Assembly: GCA_937958105.1 (NCBI GenBank)
Contig: CALFXJ010000038.1
Coordinates: forward strand, 55,555-119,554
Length of the DNA stretch: 64,000 nucleotides
Direction of reading: 5' to 3'
From: an uncultured Cellvibrio sp.
Lineage (GTDB): Bacteria; Pseudomonadota; Gammaproteobacteria; Pseudomonadales; Cellvibrionaceae
Shown here piece by piece: positions 1-9,240 of this stretch; the first letter of the stretch is position 1; every line of letters begins with the position of its first letter. The notes under the pieces are model-generated. The model worked only from the letters and a program-made list of their open reading frames with translations, was not told the DNA's origin and did not search any database. A program made the translations under genes and the position numbers.

Positions 1-8
1 ACCGCGAG

Positions 9-1757
9 ATGCCGTGGCGTTTCTGTCTCACCGCACTGCTCTTCGCGCTCGGCAATCTCGGCATGGTGTGGCAGCAATGGTTATTGGGAAGAGCCGTCCA
101 CGATGTCGAACGTGGTGCAGCCGTCGTACGTCTGGCGGACGGCAGCCTTGATTACACCATCGCACTGACCTGGCTCGCGATTTTATTTGCCGTGGCCCTG
201 GGACGTGGACTTGTGCAGTACTGCGCCGGACTCCTGGCATTGATCATCGGCCAGGATCTGCTGTTCATTCTGCGCGAGCGGATTTTTTCGCAGGTGCAGC
301 GTCTGGATCTGGCCTATCACCGCGCTCACGGCGTCGGTGGAATGGTGACCCGCACGACCCGCGATGCCGATAAACTGCGCGACGCGCTGATCAATTTCTG
401 GCGGCAGGTCTTTGAAACAGCGCTGCTGGTCATCGCCTCGGTGGGTATGCTGTGCTGGTATTCCCCGCTGCTGGGTCTGGTGCCCCTGGTGATTACCTTA
501 ATTGGCATGGCTGTATTTATTTTCCAAACAGATCATCTGGTCACCTTGGATCGAGCGGTAGGCGCCGCTTACGATCAGGTGAATCAAAATCTGAACGAAG
601 GTGTCGGCGGTGTGCGGGTGATCAAAGCCTTCGGGCTTGAACCCGTGCGTATCGACGACTTCGCTACGCAGGTCAATGCGTTTGTTGTACATGCGCGAAC
701 CGCGCTGGCCTATGCCACATCACGTATTCCTCTGCCGCAGATCATCATTGCACTCGGGCACGTATGGGTACTGTGTTACGGCGCGCATCTGGTCGGCCAG
801 GGCCACCTGAATATCGGTGAGCTGGTCGCCTCGGTGTTGCTGGTCAACACACTGGTTCTCCGGGTGGAAGGTATCGGTCGCATCATGCAGATCTTTGCCG
901 ATGCCCGCGCCTCGGCGGCCCGCATCTGGGAGCTGCTGGATGCACGGCCACGTATTACCGGTGGCCACCAGCCTGTGCCGGAAGGCGACCCGGGAATGCG
1001 TCTGATCGACGTGAGTGTTAATCCCCTGGGTCAGGGTAATCCGATTCTGTCGCACTGCTCACTCGCGATAAATGCCGGCGAGATCCTTGCGGTCGTCGGC
1101 GCAACCGGCAGCGGCAAAAGCAGTCTGCTTGCAGTTTTACCGCGTCTGCTGGATGTGGAAGCCGGTAAGGTTTTAATTGGTAATGACGAGCATGGCTGGG
1201 TCGACATCCGCACTGTGGGTACCGAGGCGCTGCGCCAGCACGTGCACGTTGTGCCCCAGGAAAGTTTTTTATTTTCCGATACTCTCGCCGCTAACCTGCG
1301 CATCGCCCGGCCCGACGCCAGTGACGAGGCATTAATGGATGCTCTGCGTATGGCCGGAGCCGAAGACGTTGTGCAGCGCCTTGAACAAGGACTGCAGACC
1401 CGTATCGGCGATCGGGGACTGACCCTTTCCGGCGGCCAGCGGCAACGTATCTGTCTTGCACGTGCGCTGCTCAGCCAGGCCGCCATCCTCGGCCTGGACG
1501 ACGCTACCAGTGCTCTCGACGCAACAACCGAGCGCAGAATTCTCGACAACATCCGCAACTTTAAACAGACACATGGCCGCAGCGTCAGCCTGGTGATCGT
1601 TTCCAGTAAATTGTCGACCGTCCTGCTCGCTGACCGCGTTGCGGTGCTTTCGCACGGAAAAATTATTGCGCAGGGTACGCACCAGATGCTCGCTGCGCAC
1701 AACACCGTTTATCGTGATTTGATGGGGATAGAAGATGGCACCACCTGGCCGCGGTAA
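9..1757 (+). CDS. ABC exporter, fused permease/ATPase, subunit 1 of a heterodimer (N-terminus may extend beyond the window)
   Basis: N-terminal TM helices; Walker A GATGSGKS; signature LSGGQ; degenerate Walker B (LGLDDATSALD) and H-loop (SSKLST). The frame is open to the window edge. Confidence 0.9.
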   Translation: MPWRFCLTALLFALGNLGMVWQQWLLGRAVHDVERGAAVVRLADGSLDYTIALTWLAILFAVALGRGLVQYCAGLLALIIGQDLLFILRERIFSQVQRLDLAYHRAHGVGGMVTRTTRDADKLRDALINFWRQVFETALLVIASVGMLCWYSPLLGLVPLVITLIGMAVFIFQTDHLVTLDRAVGAAYDQVNQNLNEGVGGVRVIKAFGLEPVRIDDFATQVNAFVVHARTALAYATSRIPLPQIIIALGHVWVLCYGAHLVGQGHLNIGELVASVLLVNTLVLRVEGIGRIMQIFADARASAARIWELLDARPRITGGHQPVPEGDPGMRLIDVSVNPLGQGNPILSHCSLAINAGEILAVVGATGSGKSSLLAVLPRLLDVEAGKVLIGNDEHGWVDIRTVGTEALRQHVHVVPQESFLFSDTLAANLRIARPDASDEALMDALRMAGAEDVVQRLEQGLQTRIGDRGLTLSGGQRQRICLARALLSQAAILGLDDATSALDATTERRILDNIRNFKQTHGRSVSLVIVSSKLSTVLLADRVAVLSHGKIIAQGTHQMLAAHNTVYRDLMGIEDGTTWPR

Positions 1758-3663
1758 TACCGCCCTGAGCGATATCGAACTTGAAGAAGCTCTGGCAAAA
1801 AAATCATTGGAGCGCGGCGTGCTCATGCGTCTGCTGCCGCTGTTGTATCCAGTACGTGGATGGGTGATCGGTGCGGTATTGATCGAAGCCCTGTTAGTGG
1901 GTGCTATCTTTCTGCGACCCTGGCTCGTCAGTGAAGTGATCGATGAGGGGTTTATTCCTTCTGACAGCGGCATCGATGTGAATTACCAGGTAATCCTGTG
2001 GACCGGTATCGCCTTTACGCTGACCTGGATTGCGCGCTTTATCCTGGCCGGATTGGGCCAGTACGTGGCGGGCCGGGCAGCAATCAATGTGATCAATAGC
2101 CTGCGGGTGCGCGTCTTTACCCATGTGCAGCGTCTCAGCATCGGTTATTTCGATCGCACCAAGGCCGGTCGTATCACCACCCGCGCAGACAGCGATGTCA
2201 ACACACTCGAACCCTTGTTGATCCAGGGTCCGCCGGAACTCTTGTCCGCCCTGCTTCGCTGCATCGTGGCCGGTACCATGCTGTGGCTGATCTCGCCGCT
2301 GCTGTTTTTCAGCGTTGCAGCGGTGGTACCGATTCTGGTGGTAGCGACGGTCATCTTCAAAAAAATCTCTCAGCGCAACTGGGGCATTGTAGCGGAAAAC
2401 CGCAGCCGTTTTACCGCGCATCTGGTGGAAACCGTCGCGGGTGCACGCACCATTAAACAGAATAATTTTGAAGCACCCAACCAGCTGCGTTACCGGCAGC
2501 TGGTGAGAAACTTTAATCAGTCACTGGTACGCGGCAATATCCGTTCGAGCTGGTTTGCACCACTCACCACCGTACTTACCACCAGCGCCATGGCCATCCT
2601 GCTGGTCGTGGGCGGACGCGGTGTGGCACTGGAACAGATTACACTGGGCCAGGTGGCTGCCAGTTTATTTTATGTGTTTATCTTTCTCGCACCGCTGCAG
2701 GAACTGAGTGACCTTTTTGAACGCTATGCCAATGGCGCAGCCTGCGCCCAGCGGATCTTTCTGTTGCTGGATACCGATCCTGACATTGTCGATCGCGAGG
2801 ATGCCACGCATCTGCCTCAGGTTACGGGTGAAGTTGCCTTCAACCAGGTACGCTTCGCCTACACACCGGATGCCAGTCGCTGGATCATCGATGGTCTTGA
2901 TCTGCATATCGCGGCCGGTGAAGTACTGGCGATTGTCGGTCCGACCGGTCATGGCAAAAGTACACTGGTACAACTGCTGACCCGGTTCTACGACGTGGGC
3001 CGCGGCAGCGTGACCATCGACGGACAGGATGTACGACACTTCACCCAGCGCAGCCTGCGCCGTCACGTCGGTGTGGTGCTGCAGGATAATGTGCTGTTCA
3101 GCGGTTCCATCCTCGACAACCTGCGCCTTGCTGCGCCGGATGCCAGCGATGAACAGCTGATTGCAGCAGCCCGGGAACTGGGGGCTGACGATCTGCTGGA
3201 AAATCTGCCCGACGGTTATCACACCCAGGTCGGTCCGCTCGGCTCTCTGCTCAGTCACGGCCAACGTCAACTGGTGTGTCTGGTACGCGCTTATCTCGCC
3301 AATCCTGCGATCCTGGTACTCGATGAAGCCACCTCAGCTGTGGATGTAAAAACCGAACGGCGCATTCAGCTGGCATTGCGCCGTTTGTGCGAAGGACGCA
3401 CCGCCATCATCATCGCTCACCGCCTTTCCACCATACGCGATGCGGACCGCATTGCGGTAATCCGTGAAGGGAAACTGGTAGAACTGGGTAATCACACGGA
3501 CCTGATTGCACAGGGAGGTTTTTATGCGTCGCTTTATCAGGCTTATGAGGAAAACAGTCTGGGAGTAAATGTAAAACCCCGAGATGAATTCAGGCAGAAA
3601 AATCTTGAAGAAAAAATCGAGGATAATCCTGCAGAAGAAAATGTGATTGACGCGCTGGCTTAG
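1735..3663 (+). CDS. ABC exporter, fused permease/ATPase, subunit 2 of a heterodimer
   Basis: TMD + NBD; Walker A GPTGHGKS; degenerate signature LSHGQ; canonical LVLDEATSAVD and IIAHRLST. Overlaps the upstream gene. Confidence 0.92.
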   Translation: MAPPGRGNTALSDIELEEALAKKSLERGVLMRLLPLLYPVRGWVIGAVLIEALLVGAIFLRPWLVSEVIDEGFIPSDSGIDVNYQVILWTGIAFTLTWIARFILAGLGQYVAGRAAINVINSLRVRVFTHVQRLSIGYFDRTKAGRITTRADSDVNTLEPLLIQGPPELLSALLRCIVAGTMLWLISPLLFFSVAAVVPILVVATVIFKKISQRNWGIVAENRSRFTAHLVETVAGARTIKQNNFEAPNQLRYRQLVRNFNQSLVRGNIRSSWFAPLTTVLTTSAMAILLVVGGRGVALEQITLGQVAASLFYVFIFLAPLQELSDLFERYANGAACAQRIFLLLDTDPDIVDREDATHLPQVTGEVAFNQVRFAYTPDASRWIIDGLDLHIAAGEVLAIVGPTGHGKSTLVQLLTRFYDVGRGSVTIDGQDVRHFTQRSLRRHVGVVLQDNVLFSGSILDNLRLAAPDASDEQLIAAARELGADDLLENLPDGYHTQVGPLGSLLSHGQRQLVCLVRAYLANPAILVLDEATSAVDVKTERRIQLALRRLCEGRTAIIIAHRLSTIRDADRIAVIREGKLVELGNHTDLIAQGGFYASLYQAYEENSLGVNVKPRDEFRQKNLEEKIEDNPAEENVIDALA

Positions 3664-3670
3664 CCAGCGC
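3652..3670. terminator. Inverted repeat between convergent genes (possible bidirectional terminator)
   Basis: gcgctggct-t-agccagcgc overlaps the ABC gene stop codon. The 1-nt loop and weak U-tract make it a poor canonical terminator. Confidence 0.35.
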
Positions 3671-3681
3671 ATCGCAACGGT

Positions 3682-3897
3682 TTAAAAAACTGCGACTGAC
3701 ACCTCGGTAGCCTTGATCAACGCTACGACTTCCTTACCCACTTCCAGCCCCAGATCATCCACAGAGCGTGTGGTGATAACCGAGGTGATAATTCCAGCGG
3801 GCGTATCAATATCCACTTCCGACACCACCGAGCCACGCACTATCTCGCGGATCTTGCCATGAAACTGATTGCGTACATTCACTGCTGTAATAGCCAT
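3682..3897 (-). CDS. ssuF: TOBE/molybdopterin-binding protein, SsuF/Mop-like
   Basis: 71 aa: MAITAVNVRNQFHGKIREIVRGSVVSEVDI...SVITTRSVDDLGL...ALIKATEV. Lies directly downstream of the SsuB-like ATPase. Confidence 0.85.
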   Translation of the reverse strand: MAITAVNVRNQFHGKIREIVRGSVVSEVDIDTPAGIITSVITTRSVDDLGLEVGKEVVALIKATEVSVAVF

Positions 3898-3923
3898 ATA
3901 AATTTCCTCTTGAAAAATTTGAG

Positions 3924-4763
3924 TTACCAGGACAAACGGTATTCACCTAAACGATTGAAATCCACGTAGTTTCGAGGTGGTTCTTCCTGCGGCACTTCAC
4001 CACCGATTTCGGCGATCACCTGCCGCTTGATTGCATTGAAATGAGGACTGTTCCTGTCCCGCGGGCGCGCCGCATCAACCGGGATAACACGCCGAATGCG
4101 ACCCGGGCGCGGTTCCATCACCACCACGCGGTCACCGAGAAACACAGCCTCATCGACGTCGTGGGTGACGAGGATCATAGTGATGCGTTCTTTCTGCCAG
4201 ATGCGCTGCAACTCCTGCTGAAGATAACTGCGCGTCATTGCATCCAATGCACCAAAGGGTTCGTCGAGCAGCAATATCTGTGGACGATTCACCAGCGCGC
4301 GGGCGATGGCAACGCGCTGGGACATACCGCCGGATAATTGATGAGGCCAGGCTTTCTCAAAACCTTTCAGCCCCACCAGCTCAATATGCTCCTGAATCCG
4401 CTCTGCTTTCTCCTGCGCCGACATTGACGAATTCTCCAGCGCCAGAGCTATATTGTCGGCAACGGACAGCCAGGGCAGCAGGCGATGCTCCTGAAAAACA
4501 ATACCGCGTTGCAGGCTGGTGCCTTTGATCACCTGATCGCCCAGCTGAATGCTGCCCTGATAGTCATTGTCCAGACCGACCACCAGACGCAGCAGGGTTG
4601 ACTTGCCGCATCCGCTGCTGCCGACAATGCTGACGAACTCACCAGGCAGGATCGTGAGATTAAAATTTTCCAGCACCGTCAACGACTGCTGATCATGCGA
4701 ATATTCTTTGGTGATACTTTTTAACTGCAGCACCGGACGATTCTTTACATCAGCACTCATCAC
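3924..4763 (-). CDS. ssuB: Sulfonate/nitrate/taurine-family ABC importer ATPase (SsuB/TauB-like)
   Basis: [47 protein letters not shown]. Confidence 0.85.
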   Translation of the reverse strand: MMSADVKNRPVLQLKSITKEYSHDQQSLTVLENFNLTILPGEFVSIVGSSGCGKSTLLRLVVGLDNDYQGSIQLGDQVIKGTSLQRGIVFQEHRLLPWLSVADNIALALENSSMSAQEKAERIQEHIELVGLKGFEKAWPHQLSGGMSQRVAIARALVNRPQILLLDEPFGALDAMTRSYLQQELQRIWQKERITMILVTHDVDEAVFLGDRVVVMEPRPGRIRRVIPVDAARPRDRNSPHFNAIKRQVIAEIGGEVPQEEPPRNYVDFNRLGEYRLSW

Positions 4764-5332
4764 GCAATCGCCTGTACAGTTACCGCTGCCGGCTCGCGTT
4801 TGCCCGCCAGGCTTGAGTGAATGGAGACCGCTTCAGCAATGGCTTCCCGCGCGCGCTGCAACACCGGCTCGTTGGTAAGTTCATACCCGGTAAAGTCGCT
4901 GGACTGGCTGTAGATGCCGGTCGGTACAGTAAACGCGCCGAGGCTGCTGAACAGCGGACGGAGATGGCTTTCGATCACCAGCGCGTGATGAGCACTGCCG
5001 CCGTTGGCGGCCAGGATGACGGGCTTATGTTCCAGCCCGCCCCGCTCCACCAGATCAAACACATGCTTGAACAGTCCCGGATAAGCCGCACGATAAACAG
5101 GCGAAGCCACCACCAGCACATCTGACTGCTCAATATCATTCAACAGACTTTCATGAAAACCGTTTAACTGGTTGCGATACAGCACCGCACCAAAGCCAGT
5201 GGCCAGCTGCGCCAGATCAATGATCTCGACGTCCACCTGGTGCAGGTGAGAAAATTCATTCACGATCGCCTGCACCAGCCCCAATGTTTTGGACGGATTG
5301 CTCAGCCCGCCCGAAAAACCTAATACACGCAT
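4760..5332 (-). CDS. ssuE: NAD(P)H-dependent FMN reductase (SsuE/MsuE/SfnF family)
   Basis: GFSGGLSNPSKT, VVASPVYRAAYPGLFKHVFDL, GGSAHHALVIESHLRPLF. Start moved to ATG 5332, which has an AGGAG RBS (the ORF track starts at 5356). Confidence 0.85.
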   Translation of the reverse strand: MRVLGFSGGLSNPSKTLGLVQAIVNEFSHLHQVDVEIIDLAQLATGFGAVLYRNQLNGFHESLLNDIEQSDVLVVASPVYRAAYPGLFKHVFDLVERGGLEHKPVILAANGGSAHHALVIESHLRPLFSSLGAFTVPTGIYSQSSDFTGYELTNEPVLQRAREAIAEAVSIHSSLAGKREPAAVTVQAIA

Positions 5333-5371
5333 AACAACTCCTGAGTTAACAACCATGGATCAGACATAACC

Positions 5372-5387
5372 AGCAATAGCTGTGCCA
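5372..5387 (-). promoter_or_regulatory. Sigma54 (-24/-12) promoter upstream of the FMN reductase
   Basis: Minus strand reads TGGCAC-AGCTA-TTGCT, an exact match to TGGCAC-N5-TTGCW, 40 bp upstream of the ATG. Confidence 0.8.
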
Positions 5388-5634
5388 GCCACCCATCCCC
5401 AGCCAATAGTGACCTCGAATAAAAACAGGTGTTGAAAATTTAACAGCGGCAATACCGACCATTGAAGCACCTGTTGATTTTGAAGCAGCTGATCAAGGTA
5501 TTTGATCCATCAAAAACAGTTTGCAGAGCTCAAGAAATAATTTTTTAAGACTCAATTTTTTATTTCGTGAATCCTGAAAAAGACGTGTAGATATAAGCGT
5601 ATAAGAAATTATTATTTTGATTTTCGAGAGCCGA

Positions 5635-6066
5635 TGTCGGATTACGCCTGCGGCTAATCCGACCTACGATTTAAGGGAATATTGTGTGGCCGCGGCTTGT
5701 GTCGGATTACGCCTTGCGGATAATTCGACCTACGATTTAAGGGAGATTGTGTGGTGGTGGTTTGTGTCGGATTACGCCTTGTGGCTAATCCGACCTACGA
5801 TTTGAGGGGAGATTGTGTGGTGGTGGCTTGTGTCGGATTACGCCTTGTGGCTAATCCGACCTACGAGTTGAGGGAATATTGTGTGGTGGTGGATTGTGTG
5901 GTGGTGGTTTGTGTCGGATTACGCTGCGCTAATCCGACCTACGGGGAATAAATTGGGCGCGTAGAACATGTAGGTCGGATTAGCGCAGCGTAATCCGACA
6001 ACCCCGCCAATAAACAACCACACCCACCAAACCCGTAGGTCGGATTAGCCGCAGGCGTAATCCGAC
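5635..6066. repeat. REP/BIME array: 7 GTAG-family REP palindromes (5 in one orientation, then 2 inverted)
   Basis: TGTCGGATTACGC(N)GCTAATCCGACCTAC at about 5635, 5700, 5765, 5831 and 5912; inverse copies at 5970 and 6035. The linkers are themselves repeated (GATTTRAGGGARWATTGTGTGGTGGTGG). Confidence 0.9.
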
Positions 6067-6165
6067 GATCCCATCAATAGGCGCCATGAGCAGAATTGAC
6101 AATTTTTTAATACAGGGATCTTGTGGCGAAAGCCGCCGATGACTTGCACCGGCGGCCTTGCATCA

Positions 6166-7002
6166 TCAAGCAGGCGTGGTGTGTTTTTTATTCTGCAGAT
6201 ATTCGAAGATAGTCTTCAGGATCAAGGTCAACAGCGCTATCGAAGCGAGTAACAACGCAGCGGTAAAGGCACCGACACTGTTGTAATCCTGCTGCAACAA
6301 CTGCACGTGAAGCGGCAAGGTGTTGGTCTGGCCGCGAATGGAACCGGAGATCACCGCAACAGAACCGAACTCACCCACGGCCCGCGCAGTTGTCAAAACA
6401 GTACCGTACAACAGAGCCCATTTAATGTTGGGCAAGGTAATCCGGCGGAACATTGCCCAGCCGCTGGCTCCGAGCAGAATAGCTGCTTCTTCTTCATCAT
6501 TGCCCTGCGACTCCATCAAGGGGATTAATTCCCGCGCTACGTAGGGACTGGTTACAAAGATCGTCACCAGGACAATACCCGGCCAGGCAAAGATCACCTG
6601 AATCCCATAATCATCCAGCCAGCCACCAATCAATCCCTGATTGCCGTAGAGCAACAGATAACACAAACCGGCTACCACCGGAGAGATGGCGTAAGGCGTA
6701 TCGATCAGTGCAATAATCAGTTTCTTCCCAAAAAACTGGAATTTGGTAACGCACCAGGCGATGAGGGTACCAAAGACCAGATTCACGGGAACCGTCAGCA
6801 CCGCCACCAGCAGGGTCAGCTTGATGGCAGAAATCATGTCGCTGTCCATGAGGTTACTGGTAAATAACTGCCAGCCGCTGCGGAACGCCGAAAAAAAGAT
6901 AAGAACCAGCGGCAGCACCAGCAGTGTGACGACAAAAAATAATCCAAGGCCTACAAGTACCTTGCCGGTTCTGTCCGGTTTGCGAGGGATGTATGTATGC
7001 AT
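6166..7002 (-). CDS. cysW: Sulfate/thiosulfate ABC permease CysW (copy 1)
   Basis: [40 protein letters not shown]. Confidence 0.92.
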   Translation of the reverse strand: MHTYIPRKPDRTGKVLVGLGLFFVVTLLVLPLVLIFFSAFRSGWQLFTSNLMDSDMISAIKLTLLVAVLTVPVNLVFGTLIAWCVTKFQFFGKKLIIALIDTPYAISPVVAGLCYLLLYGNQGLIGGWLDDYGIQVIFAWPGIVLVTIFVTSPYVARELIPLMESQGNDEEEAAILLGASGWAMFRRITLPNIKWALLYGTVLTTARAVGEFGSVAVISGSIRGQTNTLPLHVQLLQQDYNSVGAFTAALLLASIALLTLILKTIFEYLQNKKHTTPA

Positions 7003-7004
7003 AA

Positions 7005-7868
7005 TTAAATTTTTCGATGACGTCTGCCGTAGTAGCTCTGAATCACCTGAATCACCAGCAGCAACAGCAGCGAAGCAGCCAGAATCAACATTGCCACGGC
7101 AGCAGCGGCCGGATAATTGTATTCACCGATGTAGGTGAAGATCATCAGTGATACCACTTCCGTTTCGTAAGGCATATTGCCTGCAATAAAAATCACCGCC
7201 CCGAATTCACCCAGGCTGCGCACAAAGGACAGCGCCATCCCGATCAGCAGTGCCGGGCGAATATGCGGCAGGATAATACGCCGGAAAATCTGGGATCGGC
7301 TTGCACCCAGCGATGCGGCGGCTTCTTCATACTCCGGTGATAAATCTTCCAGAACCGGCTGCAGTGTTCTGACCACAAACGGAATGCTGGTGAACAGCAT
7401 GGCGATAACGATACCGATGAAGGTGTAAGAGACCTTGATATCCAACGGCACCAGCCAGCGCCCCAGCCAGCCGTTCTGGGCAAACAGCGCTGACAGGGTC
7501 AGCCCTGCAACAGCAGTCGGCAGAGCAAACGGAAGGTCAACCAGCGTATCCACCAGTTTCTTGCCGGGGAATTCATAACGCACCAGTATCCAGGCAAGCA
7601 GCAACCCGAGAGCACCGTTGAACAGCGAGGCACAGGCAGCGGCCGCAAAGGTGACCTTGAAGGCGGCGATCAGACGGGGATCGGTGAGGTAAAAGACAAA
7701 CTCATCCCAGCTGATTTCGAGAGTCTGGAGCACCAGCGTGATCGCTGGCAGCAAAACGATGAGGCTCAAATAAAACACGCCCAGTCCTAGACTGAGCTTG
7801 AATCCGGGCAGCACACGGGCTGCCCCTGAAGATCTGGCTAAAGATTTCGTCACATCATCATCCAACAA
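7005..7868 (-). CDS. cysT: Sulfate/thiosulfate ABC permease CysT (copy 1)
   Basis: [49 protein letters not shown]. Confidence 0.92.
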   Translation of the reverse strand: MLDDDVTKSLARSSGAARVLPGFKLSLGLGVFYLSLIVLLPAITLVLQTLEISWDEFVFYLTDPRLIAAFKVTFAAAACASLFNGALGLLLAWILVRYEFPGKKLVDTLVDLPFALPTAVAGLTLSALFAQNGWLGRWLVPLDIKVSYTFIGIVIAMLFTSIPFVVRTLQPVLEDLSPEYEEAAASLGASRSQIFRRIILPHIRPALLIGMALSFVRSLGEFGAVIFIAGNMPYETEVVSLMIFTYIGEYNYPAAAAVAMLILAASLLLLLVIQVIQSYYGRRHRKI

Positions 7869-7875
7869 CGGAAAG

Positions 7876-7899
7876 CGCCGCCAGATAAGGCTGGCGGCG
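7876..7899 (-). terminator. Hairpin between cysP and cysT
   Basis: cgccgccag-ataagg-ctggcggcg (9-bp stem); only a short U-run follows on the minus strand. Confidence 0.4.
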
Positions 7900-8005
7900 T
7901 TCGAGGAGGAGCTTCCGATGCAGAAGCCCCCGGGGAAATCACTGGGAGCATATTAATGCGCTGCCCTCAAATTTCCTAGGAAACCTCGAAAATTTCATCC
8001 GGTTC

Positions 8006-9049
8006 CTAGCGGCGTTTGGCCTGGCGCAGCAACTGGTCGAGCACTCCGCCGGTACCGAAGTGGGTTTTGTTGATATCGTTCCAGCTGCCAAACAGAGATT
8101 CTACAGCCACCAGCTCGACCTCAGGAAACTGTTTGGCGTAGTCAGCTTTAACTTTTTCATCGTGGACCCGGTAGTAAAAGCCGGCAAGCACATCCTGGGC
8201 ATCGGTAGAGTACAGATAATTGAGGTACTCAGTCGCGACCTTTTCGGTGCCCTTTTCTTTGGCAACCTTCTCTACCAGCGCGACAGGAAATTCTGCCAGC
8301 ACACTGATCTTGGGTACTACGGTATCGTACTTGTCTTCGCCGTATTGCTTGCGAATCAGGTTGACCTCTGATTCGAAGGTCAGCAGCACATCGCCCAGCT
8401 CACGGTCCACGAAAGAGGTGGTCGCGCCGCGACCGCCGGTATCAAACACCACAACATTGGCCAGCAGTTTACCGACAAATTCCTTGATTTTTTTCTCGTC
8501 GCCATTGAACGCCTTGTTCGCATAAATCCAGGCAGCCAGATACGTATAGCGGGCGTTACCGGAAGTTTTGGGGTTGGGGAACACCAGCTTCACGTCGCTG
8601 CGTATCAGGTCATCCCAGTCTTTGATGTTTTTCGGGTTGCCCTTGCGTACCAGAAACGCGGTAGTGGAGTAAAACGGTGATGCATTATTGGGGAATTTAT
8701 TCCGCCAGTCGGGGCTGACAAATTTGCCGCGCTCGTGCAGTACATCCACATCCGTCGATTGGTTAAACGTGACAACGTCCGCCTTCAAGCCCTGCAGAAT
8801 AGCCGCAGCCTGGGCCGAAGAACCTGCATGGGACTGCTGGATAGTGATGTCTTCACCGGTTTTTTCTTTCCAGTAAGCCTGAAATTTCGGGTTGATTTCC
8901 GCAAATAATTCACGGGCAACATCGTAAGACGTATTCAATATTTCCTGGGCGGCAAGCGTTGTATGAGCAACCAGCAAAGCCGCAGTCAACGCAACAACCC
9001 GGGCAAAGCGGGTTTTAATGAAGGTTTTTGCAGTCGGCGTATGAGCCAT
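8006..9049 (-). CDS. cysP: Thiosulfate/sulfate-binding periplasmic protein (CysP-like)
   Basis: Signal peptide; ILNTSYDVARELF, QSHAGSSAQA, PNPKTSGNARY, DTGGRGATTSF. Confidence 0.88.
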   Translation of the reverse strand: MAHTPTAKTFIKTRFARVVALTAALLVAHTTLAAQEILNTSYDVARELFAEINPKFQAYWKEKTGEDITIQQSHAGSSAQAAAILQGLKADVVTFNQSTDVDVLHERGKFVSPDWRNKFPNNASPFYSTTAFLVRKGNPKNIKDWDDLIRSDVKLVFPNPKTSGNARYTYLAAWIYANKAFNGDEKKIKEFVGKLLANVVVFDTGGRGATTSFVDRELGDVLLTFESEVNLIRKQYGEDKYDTVVPKISVLAEFPVALVEKVAKEKGTEKVATEYLNYLYSTDAQDVLAGFYYRVHDEKVKADYAKQFPEVELVAVESLFGSWNDINKTHFGTGGVLDQLLRQAKRR

Positions 9050-9199
9050 TTTTTGATCTCCTGGAATTACGGGTGTTCGACAAAAGTAATGGCGCCTAGT
9101 TAACCATACTTACGCGTGGCAGGTTAGATTATTAATTCCTATGCTTATTACCCGGGGAAAGTCATGGAGTTCAATGGGTGGTGGTGGATTGGCGCGGTG

Positions 9200-9229
9200 G
9201 TGTCGGATTACGCTGCGCTAATCCGACAC
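9200..9229. repeat. Single REP palindrome immediately after cysA
   Basis: gtgtcggattacgctgcgctaatccgacac, same family as the 5.6-6.1 kb array. Confidence 0.85.
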
Positions 9230-9240
9230 CCACCGCATCC

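Noticed and set aside
5617-5951. Small ORFs over the REP array
   Set aside because: They are translations of the repeats (CVGLR..NPTY), not proteins.
5635-6066. CRISPR array
   Set aside because: The spacers are near-copies of each other, the repeats flip orientation, they are GTAG-type REP palindromes also found singly at 9200, and no cas genes are present.
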